Of a stretch of DNA of 64,000 bases, positions 21,060-31,100 are shown in pieces; position 1 is the stretch's first letter, and every line of letters starts with the position of its first letter. The notes under the pieces were generated by a model. The model had not been told where the DNA came from and did no database searches. It saw only the letters and a program-made list of their open reading frames with translations. This stretch comes from Candidatus Latescibacterota bacterium (GTDB lineage: Bacteria > Latescibacterota > UBA2968). The stretch lies in contig OZ242320.1 in the NCBI GenBank assembly GCA_965208125.1, positions 1,920,001 through 1,984,000 on the forward strand, in the 5' to 3' direction. Position numbers and translations under genes: made by a program.

Positions 21060-23012
21060 ATGGCGATTCGCGAAACACAAACACACACAGCACCTCTTCA
21101 ACGAGCCGTAACTGCGCGGTCAATAGTAATAGGCGCCATGTGCGCGGGCTTTTTGGGGTGGGGTGGGCATTTTACGCGCCACATTGCACACACCACAAAA
21201 ATGGCACAGGACCACTTGCCCTGGGGCGCAGTCGTACCATTTTTGATAATCGCGGTCGTATTGAATAAAGTTCTGGAAAAAGTGCGCCCACAATGGGTCC
21301 TGCGTCCTTCGGAATTGCTGGTCATCTTCAGCATGGGCCTGGTCGCATCGGCATTGCCCAGTTATTTCATGGGACACTTAATCGCCAACGTATCCGCGCC
21401 ATTTTATTTCGCCAACACAGAAAATCGATGGGCAGACGACATACATCCGTATTTGGCCGACTGGGCGGTCGTAACCGACGCAACAGCTGCGCGGTGGTTT
21501 TTTGAAGGACTGCCAGCAGGCGCAACCATCCCCTGGGAAATCTGGATAACGCCGATGATCTGGCGATTGAGTCTGGTATTTATGATCGGCGTATTTGGAT
21601 TTTGCGCGGTCTCAATCCTGCGCAAACAATGGGTAGAACACGAACGCCTCACCTTTCCGTTGATGACATTGCCACTGGAACTCGTCAACAGAGAACCGCG
21701 TGGATTCTGGCCCGTGGGTATCATGAATCGCCCCGTGTTCTGGTGGGGATTCGCGCTCGCCTCATTTCCCATATACTGGAACATGGTTGAATATTTCCAG
21801 CCGCATTTTCCAACCATTCCCCGATACCTGGGATTGATGGAATTTGGTCGGTATTTCCCGCCGATTCACATGCGATTTTATCCAGTGATCATTGGCGTAT
21901 CGTATTTTATGGACCTGGATGTATTGTTTAGCATTATTGCCTTTCACCTGTTATTGACCCTTGAAATGGGGCTGTTCAACCGCCTGGGGATCGAGATAGG
22001 GCCAACCCATGTGTGGCCGGCATCGCAATTTGAAAACTGGCAGGGTTTTGGTGCGCTGTGCGTGCTGGTACCGTGGAGCTTGTGGATGGCGCGAGAACAT
22101 TTGAGAAATGTATTTCGCAAAGCCGTACTCAATGCGCGGGAGGTCGAAGACTCGGGCGAATTATTGTCCTACCGTACAGCACTTGGTGGATTCCTGGCGA
22201 GTGGGCTATTTATTCTGGGCTGGTGCGTAGCATCGGGCATGTCGGTCTTTGTCGCCCTGACCTTCTTGAGCCTTGTCGGCATTATCTGGTTGGGCATTAC
22301 GCGCGTCTGCGTTGAGGGCGGCATGATCAGCAGCCGCATGATACAGGGGCAATTTGTCGCGTATCACCTGCTCGGCCCCGTGAATATTTCCCCATCGGGA
22401 ATGGCGGCATTTGCCCTCACCGAAACATGGCATCACGATATAAAAACCATATTGATGGCCAACCTGGCCAATGCCACGCGGCTTTACGACAGCATCCGAC
22501 ACGAAAGAATGCGCCTGGTCATCGCGCTGGGACTGGCCATGCTGGTGGTAATAACCACGAGTGCGTATTATCAAATATCATCGAGTTATGTAACCGGCGC
22601 ATTTAATTACGGCGGCATCTACGGTCCCTATGTACAAAACACTTTTGACACCATAGCCGGTCATATTCGGGACCCCTTTGCCCTGAAACGCGAGCGCATG
22701 CTCATCGCACTCATTGGAATGGCAACCACGGCATTGATGCTCGCCTTGCGCTATGCATGGCCCTGGTGGCCGTTGCATCCGATCGGGTTTGCTGCCGTAA
22801 CAGCGTATCCGGTCAACCGCATTGTATTTTCAATCTTCTTTGCCTGGTTTTCCAAATTTGTCATCTTGCGTGCCGGCGGCATTGATCTGTACCGCAAAGC
22901 ATCGCCGTTTTTCCTGGGACTTATGGTGGGGTATTTCACGGGCGTATTCGCGTCATTTCTGGTAGATTGTATCTGGTTCCCAGGGCAAGGACATTCGCTG
23001 GCGTTGTACTAG
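21060..23012 (+). CDS. DUF6785/DUF6784 family membrane protein (paralog of 11149..13095)
   Basis: same motifs (HTTKMAQDH, LRKQWVEHERL, WWPLHPIG, GQGH). Confidence 0.8.
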   Translation: MAIRETQTHTAPLQRAVTARSIVIGAMCAGFLGWGGHFTRHIAHTTKMAQDHLPWGAVVPFLIIAVVLNKVLEKVRPQWVLRPSELLVIFSMGLVASALPSYFMGHLIANVSAPFYFANTENRWADDIHPYLADWAVVTDATAARWFFEGLPAGATIPWEIWITPMIWRLSLVFMIGVFGFCAVSILRKQWVEHERLTFPLMTLPLELVNREPRGFWPVGIMNRPVFWWGFALASFPIYWNMVEYFQPHFPTIPRYLGLMEFGRYFPPIHMRFYPVIIGVSYFMDLDVLFSIIAFHLLLTLEMGLFNRLGIEIGPTHVWPASQFENWQGFGALCVLVPWSLWMAREHLRNVFRKAVLNAREVEDSGELLSYRTALGGFLASGLFILGWCVASGMSVFVALTFLSLVGIIWLGITRVCVEGGMISSRMIQGQFVAYHLLGPVNISPSGMAAFALTETWHHDIKTILMANLANATRLYDSIRHERMRLVIALGLAMLVVITTSAYYQISSSYVTGAFNYGGIYGPYVQNTFDTIAGHIRDPFALKRERMLIALIGMATTALMLALRYAWPWWPLHPIGFAAVTAYPVNRIVFSIFFAWFSKFVILRAGGIDLYRKASPFFLGLMVGYFTGVFASFLVDCIWFPGQGHSLALY

Positions 23013-23022
23013 AGGCTACGTC

Positions 23023-25602
23023 ATGTGTAACGGAAAAAGAATAATTCGCTCCATTCGCAAACCCATCCTGATCACCTTATTTCTCCTGACATGTGTGCCA
23101 GTCTGGGGAGATCGTCTGCAGGAAAGTTTCGATGCTCGGGCAGACTCGCTCGCCGCGGTCCTGATCGCGGAACGCGCCGGACCAGACAGCGCAACCATCT
23201 ATCGGGCATTGCCGCGGGAAGAAAAAGCGCAATTTTTAATCGACTTCTGGCAACGACACAATCCCATAGTGCTGCAATTTTATTACGGGTATCACATCGG
23301 ACGTCGCTACTTGACGGTATCAGACGCTTTTTTTGAACGCGGTCGATTAATACCCCACCGCTATAAAACGCGCGCCGCACCACCAGATTCGGCCCTGCTC
23401 GACGACGCTGTTGCACTATTTGAACGCATGCTACGGGACGATGGCAACGACCGCCTCGCCATGTGCGCGCTGGGATATTGTTTATTGGAACAGTACAAAG
23501 GCGTGGAAGCAGAACGCATTTTTGTACGCGTCCTGGAAAAGGACCGGCGGTTTCTCATCGCGCGACACGGGCGGGCACTGGCGTGCTTGATCCAGAAAAA
23601 ACAGGTGCGCCGCGCACTGGATCTTTTTCAGGACACCGTATCTCTCGATTCGAAATACGAGGCGGCATATTACAATCTGGCGATGTGCCACCTGGCAATG
23701 CGCAGCGTGGATATGGACTATCATTTTGGCAATGTGGTCAAGCGCTTTCCGCAACACCGCGATGCGTATTTTAAGCTGGGGATATTTTACGAATCGCTCT
23801 ATTATTTTGAAAAAGCCGTCAAAGCACTGTCAAAGCAAGTCGCTGTAAATCCAGCGCACAGCGTAGCAAGGGGCAGACTGGCGCGCGTGGCTATGGAATT
23901 GAAATATTTGAAACAAGAGTTGCACACCACCACAGAACTGCGCGACCTCGCCCAAAAAGACCCCGAGCGTTATCTACCGCTCCTGGGCGCACAATATCTG
24001 GAATCGGGTGCGTACGAACAGGCAGAAGCGTCATTTTCGCAATTTCTATCCCTCTTATCGCAAAACGAACGCCTCCTGTACGAAGATGTCACCTTGCTCC
24101 TGTCGGCAAAAGAATTCGAGACCTTTCGCATGATCAGGGGAGATGAGAAACGCGCATTCACCAATTTGTTCTGGCGCAAAATAGACCCAACACCGACCAC
24201 ACCGGTTAACGAGCGCAGGTTGGAACACTACCGGCGCGTAAATTACGCCATACAGAACTTTTCCGAAGGCCGAATACCCTTTGATGCGCGCGGCGACGTG
24301 TATATCCGTTTTGGTCACCCCGATCACAGAAGCTGGTCCGACCACCTCGTATTCGAAACCAATGCAAAAGTGATTCGGGTAAAGAACCGACTCATGGATC
24401 TCGCGGGACAAGCACTGCATGAAATCGCCCCTACGACATCGCTGCAAGCAGAGTCATCTTATGGCTCAAACACGGTCCTTCGCGTAACACCCGAGGTTCG
24501 GGGACTACCGATATTTCCCCTGCCGCATCAGGGCGCATTATTTCGAGATGGCGCGTCCTTGAACTACAAGTGGGAAACCTGGATTTACGCCCATATTGGC
24601 GAAGGATTTGAAGTGACATTTCTCGATGCCCTGGGCAATTTTGATTTTCAATTTCCCCAGCCGCCTATTGACTCGCCCAATCGATTGCTGTGGCAACACC
24701 TCGCACCCGAAGCTGTGGTCGCGCGGGTCGTCAACCGCACGCCCTCTGTTTACCACTATCCATATCCAGGAGACCCCATGCCTCTGCTTATGTCTGTAGC
24801 AGACTTCAGAGGCAATGGACGCAACACGCGCCTGGATGCCTTTATCGGCATACCCTGGACCGCACTGAAAACGCAAAAACGGGGGACACAGGTAGCTGCT
24901 TCGGTGAATCGAATGTGGGTCCTCTATGACGCACAGGGCACAGAAATTGCCCGCGACAGCCTGAACACGCGGGCAACACAGCCCAAAACCGTTGACGACC
25001 CCGGCGTTTTATGGGTAGATCAGATCACAACAGAAGTTAAACCCGGCCACTATCTCATGGCTGTGCGCGTGTCCGACCCGGCCTCGGGGAAATTGCAAAT
25101 TCACCGGCAACTCGTCGATGTAGAAGCATACAATGCCCCAACCCTGATGGTAAGCGACCTTGTCGTAGCGGGAAAAATTGCAACAACAGAAGCCCGTACA
25201 GAAGGTAAATTCATCCGAGACGAACTCGAAGTGCTCCCCCTGCCGTCACACACCTTTGCCCCGGAACAGCCGGTCTATCTGTATTACAAAGTGTATAACC
25301 TCTTCCGAGACGACACGGGGCAAACGCATTACCGCGTGGATTATGCCGTGCGTGGCAGCAAAAATGCCGGCGCCCGGTTGATAAAAGGCATCGGCACATT
25401 GCTGGGCATATCTGAAAAGCAAGAAGGCGTGCAGGTATCTTATGAACACCGGGGCAATACGGAAACAGAACCCGTATATGTAGCCCTCAACGTAGCGGCA
25501 AAATCCGGACAAAAAGTCACGATAGGTGTAACCGTAACCGACCTGAACCGCCCCGGGAAACCAACAGCGACAAAAGATGTTTGGGTAGCGATAGGAAAAT
25601 AA
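23023..25602 (+). CDS. TPR + GWxTD-domain protein
   Basis: FWRKIDPTPTTPVNERRLEHYRRVNYA...DARGDVYIRFGHPD; TPR helices. Confidence 0.85.
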   Translation: MCNGKRIIRSIRKPILITLFLLTCVPVWGDRLQESFDARADSLAAVLIAERAGPDSATIYRALPREEKAQFLIDFWQRHNPIVLQFYYGYHIGRRYLTVSDAFFERGRLIPHRYKTRAAPPDSALLDDAVALFERMLRDDGNDRLAMCALGYCLLEQYKGVEAERIFVRVLEKDRRFLIARHGRALACLIQKKQVRRALDLFQDTVSLDSKYEAAYYNLAMCHLAMRSVDMDYHFGNVVKRFPQHRDAYFKLGIFYESLYYFEKAVKALSKQVAVNPAHSVARGRLARVAMELKYLKQELHTTTELRDLAQKDPERYLPLLGAQYLESGAYEQAEASFSQFLSLLSQNERLLYEDVTLLLSAKEFETFRMIRGDEKRAFTNLFWRKIDPTPTTPVNERRLEHYRRVNYAIQNFSEGRIPFDARGDVYIRFGHPDHRSWSDHLVFETNAKVIRVKNRLMDLAGQALHEIAPTTSLQAESSYGSNTVLRVTPEVRGLPIFPLPHQGALFRDGASLNYKWETWIYAHIGEGFEVTFLDALGNFDFQFPQPPIDSPNRLLWQHLAPEAVVARVVNRTPSVYHYPYPGDPMPLLMSVADFRGNGRNTRLDAFIGIPWTALKTQKRGTQVAASVNRMWVLYDAQGTEIARDSLNTRATQPKTVDDPGVLWVDQITTEVKPGHYLMAVRVSDPASGKLQIHRQLVDVEAYNAPTLMVSDLVVAGKIATTEARTEGKFIRDELEVLPLPSHTFAPEQPVYLYYKVYNLFRDDTGQTHYRVDYAVRGSKNAGARLIKGIGTLLGISEKQEGVQVSYEHRGNTETEPVYVALNVAAKSGQKVTIGVTVTDLNRPGKPTATKDVWVAIGK

Positions 25603-25653
25603 AGTAGCGGCTCAAAACCCTCTGGATCGCGGCTTTAAGCATACCGCGATGAC

Positions 25654-25679
25654 GGGCGGGCACGGGGACCCGCCCCTAC
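25654..25679 (-). repeat. GTAG-type REP element
   Basis: minus strand GTAGGGGCGGGTCCCCGTGCCCGCCC; adjacent palindrome ATCGCGG..CCGCGAT at 25626-25650. Confidence 0.7.
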
Positions 25680-25701
25680 AAAAAATAATCCAATATCCCT
25701 C

Positions 25702-26937
25702 TCACTTCACACTTCCCAATTCCAAACAAACCACCTCACTGTGATTTCGAAGATAAAGCCTGCCATTCGCCAGCGTGGGTGGTGTCCAGCAGCGGGACGA
25801 CAAAACCTGGGCACTGGCTCTTTCTATGTACGCTTCAGGTGTAGCTTCTACCAGAGCCAGCTTGCCCTGTTCGCCCAGGACGATCAGGTGGCCATCCGCA
25901 AAGATGAGTGACCCCTTTTGAAAGCCGCGTTTGCGCCATTGCTCCTGTCCGGTATCCGCGGCAATGCACTTGAGAATGGCGTTGTCAAACCCATAGAGGT
26001 ACCCCTCGTGATGTATAGAAGAGGCAAAATGGTTTTTCATACTGCGATTGAACCATACTTTTTTTACGCCAAACTGTCCGTTCTGGGGAACGAGCTGGAT
26101 AACCGTCGCGCCTTTGCCATAGCCCGAAGAGATAAAGAGTCTATCCGGAGCGAGAAATAGGGGCGTCGCGGCATTGACATCGGGACCCGTTTGCCAGGAA
26201 TGTCGCCACAGAAATCGGCCATCTCTGGCAGTGACACCAACCAGGCCAGAGACGGGGAAAAAGACAATTTGCCGAACATCAGACACAGTAATTGCAATGG
26301 GTGAAGCATAAGAAGGCGCGTCATCTTGAGAAGCCCAGGCGACCTCGCCGGTGGTCTTATCAAAAGCAATAAAAGATTGTCCAGAAGAACCCCCAACCTC
26401 GACAATCAGCAATTTGCCTTCTATCAAAGGGGAAGTAGAAAAGCCCCAGTGAGGGGGATCACTTATGTATTCAGTCTGTAAATGGTGAGACCATACCGTT
26501 TCTCCGTCCTCAACATTGAGTGCATAAAGCTGTCCGTATGCACCCAAAAAGAAAGCCCGTTCTTTGTCAATGATGGGAGTCGATCTGGGACCGTTCCCCC
26601 CTTGCCAGTCCGAAAAATTGCTTCCCGTCTTAACGCGCCAGCGCTCTTCCCCTGTAGTGGCATCCAGACATACCGCGTACTCATCTTTGTCTTTAGCAAA
26701 CATAGTATAAGCTGCGCCCCGTGCAATCGCAATGCTCGAAAACCCCTCGCCCAGCGGTATTCGCCAGAGAACAGCAGGCCCGGAATCAGGCCAATCTTTG
26801 AGCAACCCCGTTTCAGGAGAAACGCCATCGCGATTGGGACCGAACCACTGCGGCCAATCCGCAGCAAGACCACGACCCGTCAGGACAACAGAGCCTGAAA
26901 ACAGAATCATCGAAAAGGTGATCATGAGGATACGCAT
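25702..26937 (-). CDS. PQQ-binding-like beta-propeller protein
   Basis: DWPQWFGPNRDG, GPRSTP, SSPL-like repeats, WTPPTLANGRLYLR; GGAGGAG RBS. Confidence 0.88.
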   Translation of the reverse strand: MRILMITFSMILFSGSVVLTGRGLAADWPQWFGPNRDGVSPETGLLKDWPDSGPAVLWRIPLGEGFSSIAIARGAAYTMFAKDKDEYAVCLDATTGEERWRVKTGSNFSDWQGGNGPRSTPIIDKERAFFLGAYGQLYALNVEDGETVWSHHLQTEYISDPPHWGFSTSPLIEGKLLIVEVGGSSGQSFIAFDKTTGEVAWASQDDAPSYASPIAITVSDVRQIVFFPVSGLVGVTARDGRFLWRHSWQTGPDVNAATPLFLAPDRLFISSGYGKGATVIQLVPQNGQFGVKKVWFNRSMKNHFASSIHHEGYLYGFDNAILKCIAADTGQEQWRKRGFQKGSLIFADGHLIVLGEQGKLALVEATPEAYIERASAQVLSSRCWTPPTLANGRLYLRNHSEVVCLELGSVK

Positions 26938-27222
26938 GGAAACTCCTCCGTGTAAGAATCTATTTACAGGCATAGCAAAGCGATAACGGGCCTACCATTA
27001 ATCCATGATTATTTCTTACTGCTAACACTCTGTAAAACAACCTCTTTCTAAACATTCTGTCAAGGGCTATCCGTGTTTTGTTTTACATTTTTGACAAACG
27101 TTAGAAAAAAATATCCTTGCACGACTTTCTATAACTGTATAACATGACACGCTCGTCCTCGACGCATTTGTGTCGTGTGGTGCGTGCCATTCTTTAGTAC
27201 TCATGCCATTGGAAATCCTGTT

Positions 27223-28149
27223 ATGAATAATCTATGGGAAGTACCCGAGCCTCTTTCGACATGCGAAGTCCAGCTCGACGACGATACCGTCACCATTTTG
27301 CGCCGACATGGAAATCCCGCAGGACCCCGCCTCGTTCTGAGCCACGGCAATGGTCTCGCAAGTGACCTCTATTACCCCTTCTGGTCACTGCTCGCCGAGG
27401 ATTTCGACCTCATCATCTTCGACTTCAGGAACCACGGCTGGAATACCGTTGGCCCACGCGCCAATCACAATGTTCCAACGCTGGTCCGCGACCATCTCTG
27501 TATTTTTGAAGCCATTGACCGTCACTACGGAAACAAACCAAAAATCGGTATATTTCACTCTGCTTCTGCACTGATAACCCTCCTATCACTAACGACTATG
27601 GCAGACCTCGGACCATCTGCCCAAAGCAACCACTTATCCGCAATGATACTATTTGACCCTCCCCTGTGCAAGCCCGGCAATAGCCAGATAGAATTTGATG
27701 AGGCTGCCGAATACGCAGCCGACGTTACCCGCCGCCGCGGGTATCTGTTCCAAACAGAAGAGGATTTTGCAGAACTCCTCAGCTTTCTCCCCGGCTTCTC
27801 GCGTCTCGTTCCCGGGGTTCGGGAACTCATGGCGAAAACAACCCTTCGAAAGGCCGCCGATGGGGAGGGTTATGAGCTTCGATGTCCCCGCGACTACGAA
27901 GCGCAGATCGTCGATTATATGAGAAGCTTTTCCGCATTGATGGATTTTGAAACACTCCCTTGTCCGACAAAAGTCATCGGGTCCGATCCCACCTTGCCTT
28001 ATACATTTCTGCCGACAATTGACCTCGGTGACATTCTGACCGTAGATTATGATTTTGTCCCTGAAACAACGCACTTTCTTCAATTGGAAAAACCAGAAGA
28101 ATGCGTTGAGCTGGTTCGGGAATTTCTCGAGAGCAATGACCTGTTGTAA
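27223..28149 (+). CDS. alpha/beta hydrolase of the sup PKS cluster
   Basis: LSHGNG, FDFRNHG, nucleophile elbow GIFHSASA, THFLQLEKP. Confidence 0.85.
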   Translation: MNNLWEVPEPLSTCEVQLDDDTVTILRRHGNPAGPRLVLSHGNGLASDLYYPFWSLLAEDFDLIIFDFRNHGWNTVGPRANHNVPTLVRDHLCIFEAIDRHYGNKPKIGIFHSASALITLLSLTTMADLGPSAQSNHLSAMILFDPPLCKPGNSQIEFDEAAEYAADVTRRRGYLFQTEEDFAELLSFLPGFSRLVPGVRELMAKTTLRKAADGEGYELRCPRDYEAQIVDYMRSFSALMDFETLPCPTKVIGSDPTLPYTFLPTIDLGDILTVDYDFVPETTHFLQLEKPEECVELVREFLESNDLL

Positions 28150-28176
28150 ACCCGTGCGAACATGGAGGATTTAATC

Positions 28177-31100
28177 ATGAAGCCGGATAGATCAGACCAA
28201 CCAATAGCGATCATAGGTATGGCGTGCCGATTCCCTGGCGCGCCGGACATCTCTGCCTTCTGGCGTCTGCTCGAAGACGGCGGGAATGCCGTCAGCGAAG
28301 GCGTCCCAGGCTCAGGCGTAGGGCGCTGGGGCCTGCTCTTTCCCGACGACACAGTGCAGAGCGAAGGTTGCCGTTTCGGGGCCTTTGTTGACGACATCGA
28401 CCAATTCGACGACGCCTTCTTCCGGATTTCGCCGGTGGAGGCAGAACTGCTGGATCCGCAGCAGCGCATGATGCTGGAGACGAGCTGGGAGGCTCTTGAG
28501 GACGCGGGAATCGATCCGGAGGGATTGAGAGAGAGCCTCACCGGCGTGTACACCGGGATCAGCAACGACGAATACCGAATGCTGGTCGTGGACTCGAGCA
28601 AGCCCGCCGAGGCTGCCAGTTGTCTCTACGCCCTCAGCGGCACCAACCTCAACGGCGCCAGCGGGCGGGTCTCTTTTGTGCTGGGACTAAGGGGACCGGC
28701 AAAGGCAGTAGATGCCGCGTGCGCGTCATCCATGGTATCAGTCCACGACGCAGTGGCAGACCTGCAGCAGGGCAAAGCGGATCTGGCCATCGCGGGTGGC
28801 GTGCAGGCGATCCTGAATGGTCGCATCTACGAACTGCGCGCGGATGCGATGATGCTATCTCCGGATGGACAGTGCAAAACCTTTGACGCGTCCGCGAACG
28901 GGTACGTGCGGGGTGAGGGCTGCGGGGTCGTCGTCCTCAAGCGGCTCGATGAGGCGGAGGCGGACGGCGATCGAATCTGGGCGGTGATCCGGGGCGCAGC
29001 GGTAAATCACGGGGGAGCCAGTACGGGGCTAACAGTGCCGAACACACCCGCGTTGGAAGAGGTGATCGAGACCGCGCTGTCCGACGCGAAAATCTCCCCA
29101 TCGGACGTAGATTACCTGGAGGCGCACGGGACCGGAACGACGGTGGGTGATCCGATCGAGATCAACGCTGTGGCCAATGTCTATGGCAAGGGACGTTCCT
29201 CTGACCGCCCCCTTCTCATCGGTTCCGTGAAGACCAATGTCGGCCATCTGGAGTCGGCCGCGGGCGTAGCCGGAGTGATCAAAGCCGCGCTGGTACTGAA
29301 GCGGGGTGTGATTCCAAAACATCTCCATTTCCAAAATCCCAACCCGAGTCTCGACTGGGACCGCCTACCATTGCGGGTGACATCGTCGATGATGGACTTG
29401 CCGCACCGTCCCGAGCGACCGCGACTCGCGGGAGTGAACTCCTTCGGGATATCCGGGACGAATGCCCATATCGTAATGGAGGAATACTGTGCCTCAGACG
29501 GTGCATCTACTGCTGTTGGCTCCGCGCAGTCAGTGGCAGTCTCGCTGCCAGCGACCACTGGGGATCTACCGCTACCGGGGCAGGAGATCCAGCCGCGCCA
29601 GACCCGTCTTCTTCCCCTGTCGGGAAAATCCGATGGGGCACTTCGGGAACTGGGAAAGCGGTACCTTTCATGGCTTGACGAACACGCCGACGAAGAAAGT
29701 GAGGCGATGCTTGCGGACATGGCGTGGACAGCAGGCGTGGGCCGGAGCCACTTCGATCACCGCGCGGGCATCGTCTTCCACGACGCGGAATCGCTGCGAG
29801 AGCGCCTCCGTGATCTAAGTGAAGCAGATGGGGGCGCGTCGTCGCGAACACCGACCCGGGTGGCGTTCGCCTACACCGGACAGGGAAGCCAGTGGGTCGG
29901 CATGGGACAGGAGCTTTACGAGCGCGAGCCAGTGGCGCGGGCGGTTCTGGACCGCTGCGAGGCGGTCCTTCTACAGGAGAGAGGCACCTCACTGCTGGAC
30001 GTAATGTTCGGTCGGACCAAAGGAGAAGAGGACCTCGGCGACACGGCGTGGGAGCAACCAGCCCTTTACGCGCTGGGATGCGCACTGACAGCGCTCTGGT
30101 CAAGCGTCGGAATCTGTCCCGACGTGGTCGTCGGACACAGCATCGGGGAACTCGCGGCGTCGCAGGCGGCAGGCGTGTTCAGCCTGGAGGACGGGATGCG
30201 GTTCGCCGCCTTACGGGGCGCGCTGATGTCGCAGATGGAAGAGGGCGGCATGACCGCGGTCTTCGCACCAGCAGATCGCGTAGCGGTGGAGGTGGAGGCG
30301 ATAAATGCGGCCTCCTCTGAAGTCGGGTTGAGCATCTCGGGGTACAACGGTACTCACCAGGTGGTCAGCGGCCCGATTGCGAAAATTGAAGCGATCTCAA
30401 AGCGATTCGAATTGGAGGGCATACGGGTCAGGCGACTGAACACTGCCAAAGCGTTCCACAGCGCCCTTGTTGAGCCTATCCTGGACGAACTGGAAGCGTC
30501 CCTCAATGGCGTGGAGATCCAGCCGCCTTCCCTTACCGTGGTCAGCAACCTGACGGGTAGTGCCGTAGAACCGGACCAGGCACAGGACGGGGCCTACTGG
30601 AGGCGGCATGCCCGGTAGCCTGTGGCATTCGCCCAGGGGGTGAAGACATTGGCGGACCTCGGGGTAGATGTGGTACTGGAAATCGGCCCGCGGTCAGTAC
30701 TGGCCCCAATGGCGGCCTCCGCCTGGCCAGCGTCGCCACAGACACCTGCGCCAGTGGTACTGTCGAGCCTCTCCCCGCCATCAGACAACGCAGAGAAATC
30801 TGGAAGTGCTGACGGTTTCGTGGGAGCGGTCACAGAAGCATACCAGGCGGGACTCCCGATTCGTTTCGCGGGACTCTTCGCAGGGGAGACGCGGCGGCGG
30901 ATCTCGCTGCCCAGCTATCCATTCCAGCGCAAACACCACTGGCTTGAGCCACCGAAGCGTCAGCGCCGGAGTTCCGACCATCCGCTGCTGGGTGCCAGGC
31001 ACGAATCAGCCCGCGGAGAAATCACCTTCGAGACAGAAGTGTTCCCCTCGGATCCATCCTATCTGAACGACCACAAGGTCTTCGGCCGGATCGTGGCGCC

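Noticed and set aside
30616-30618. Genome-wide TAG recoding or pyrrolysine
   Set aside because: TAG terminates several genes at expected ends; no pyl genes are in the window; a single substitution explains it.
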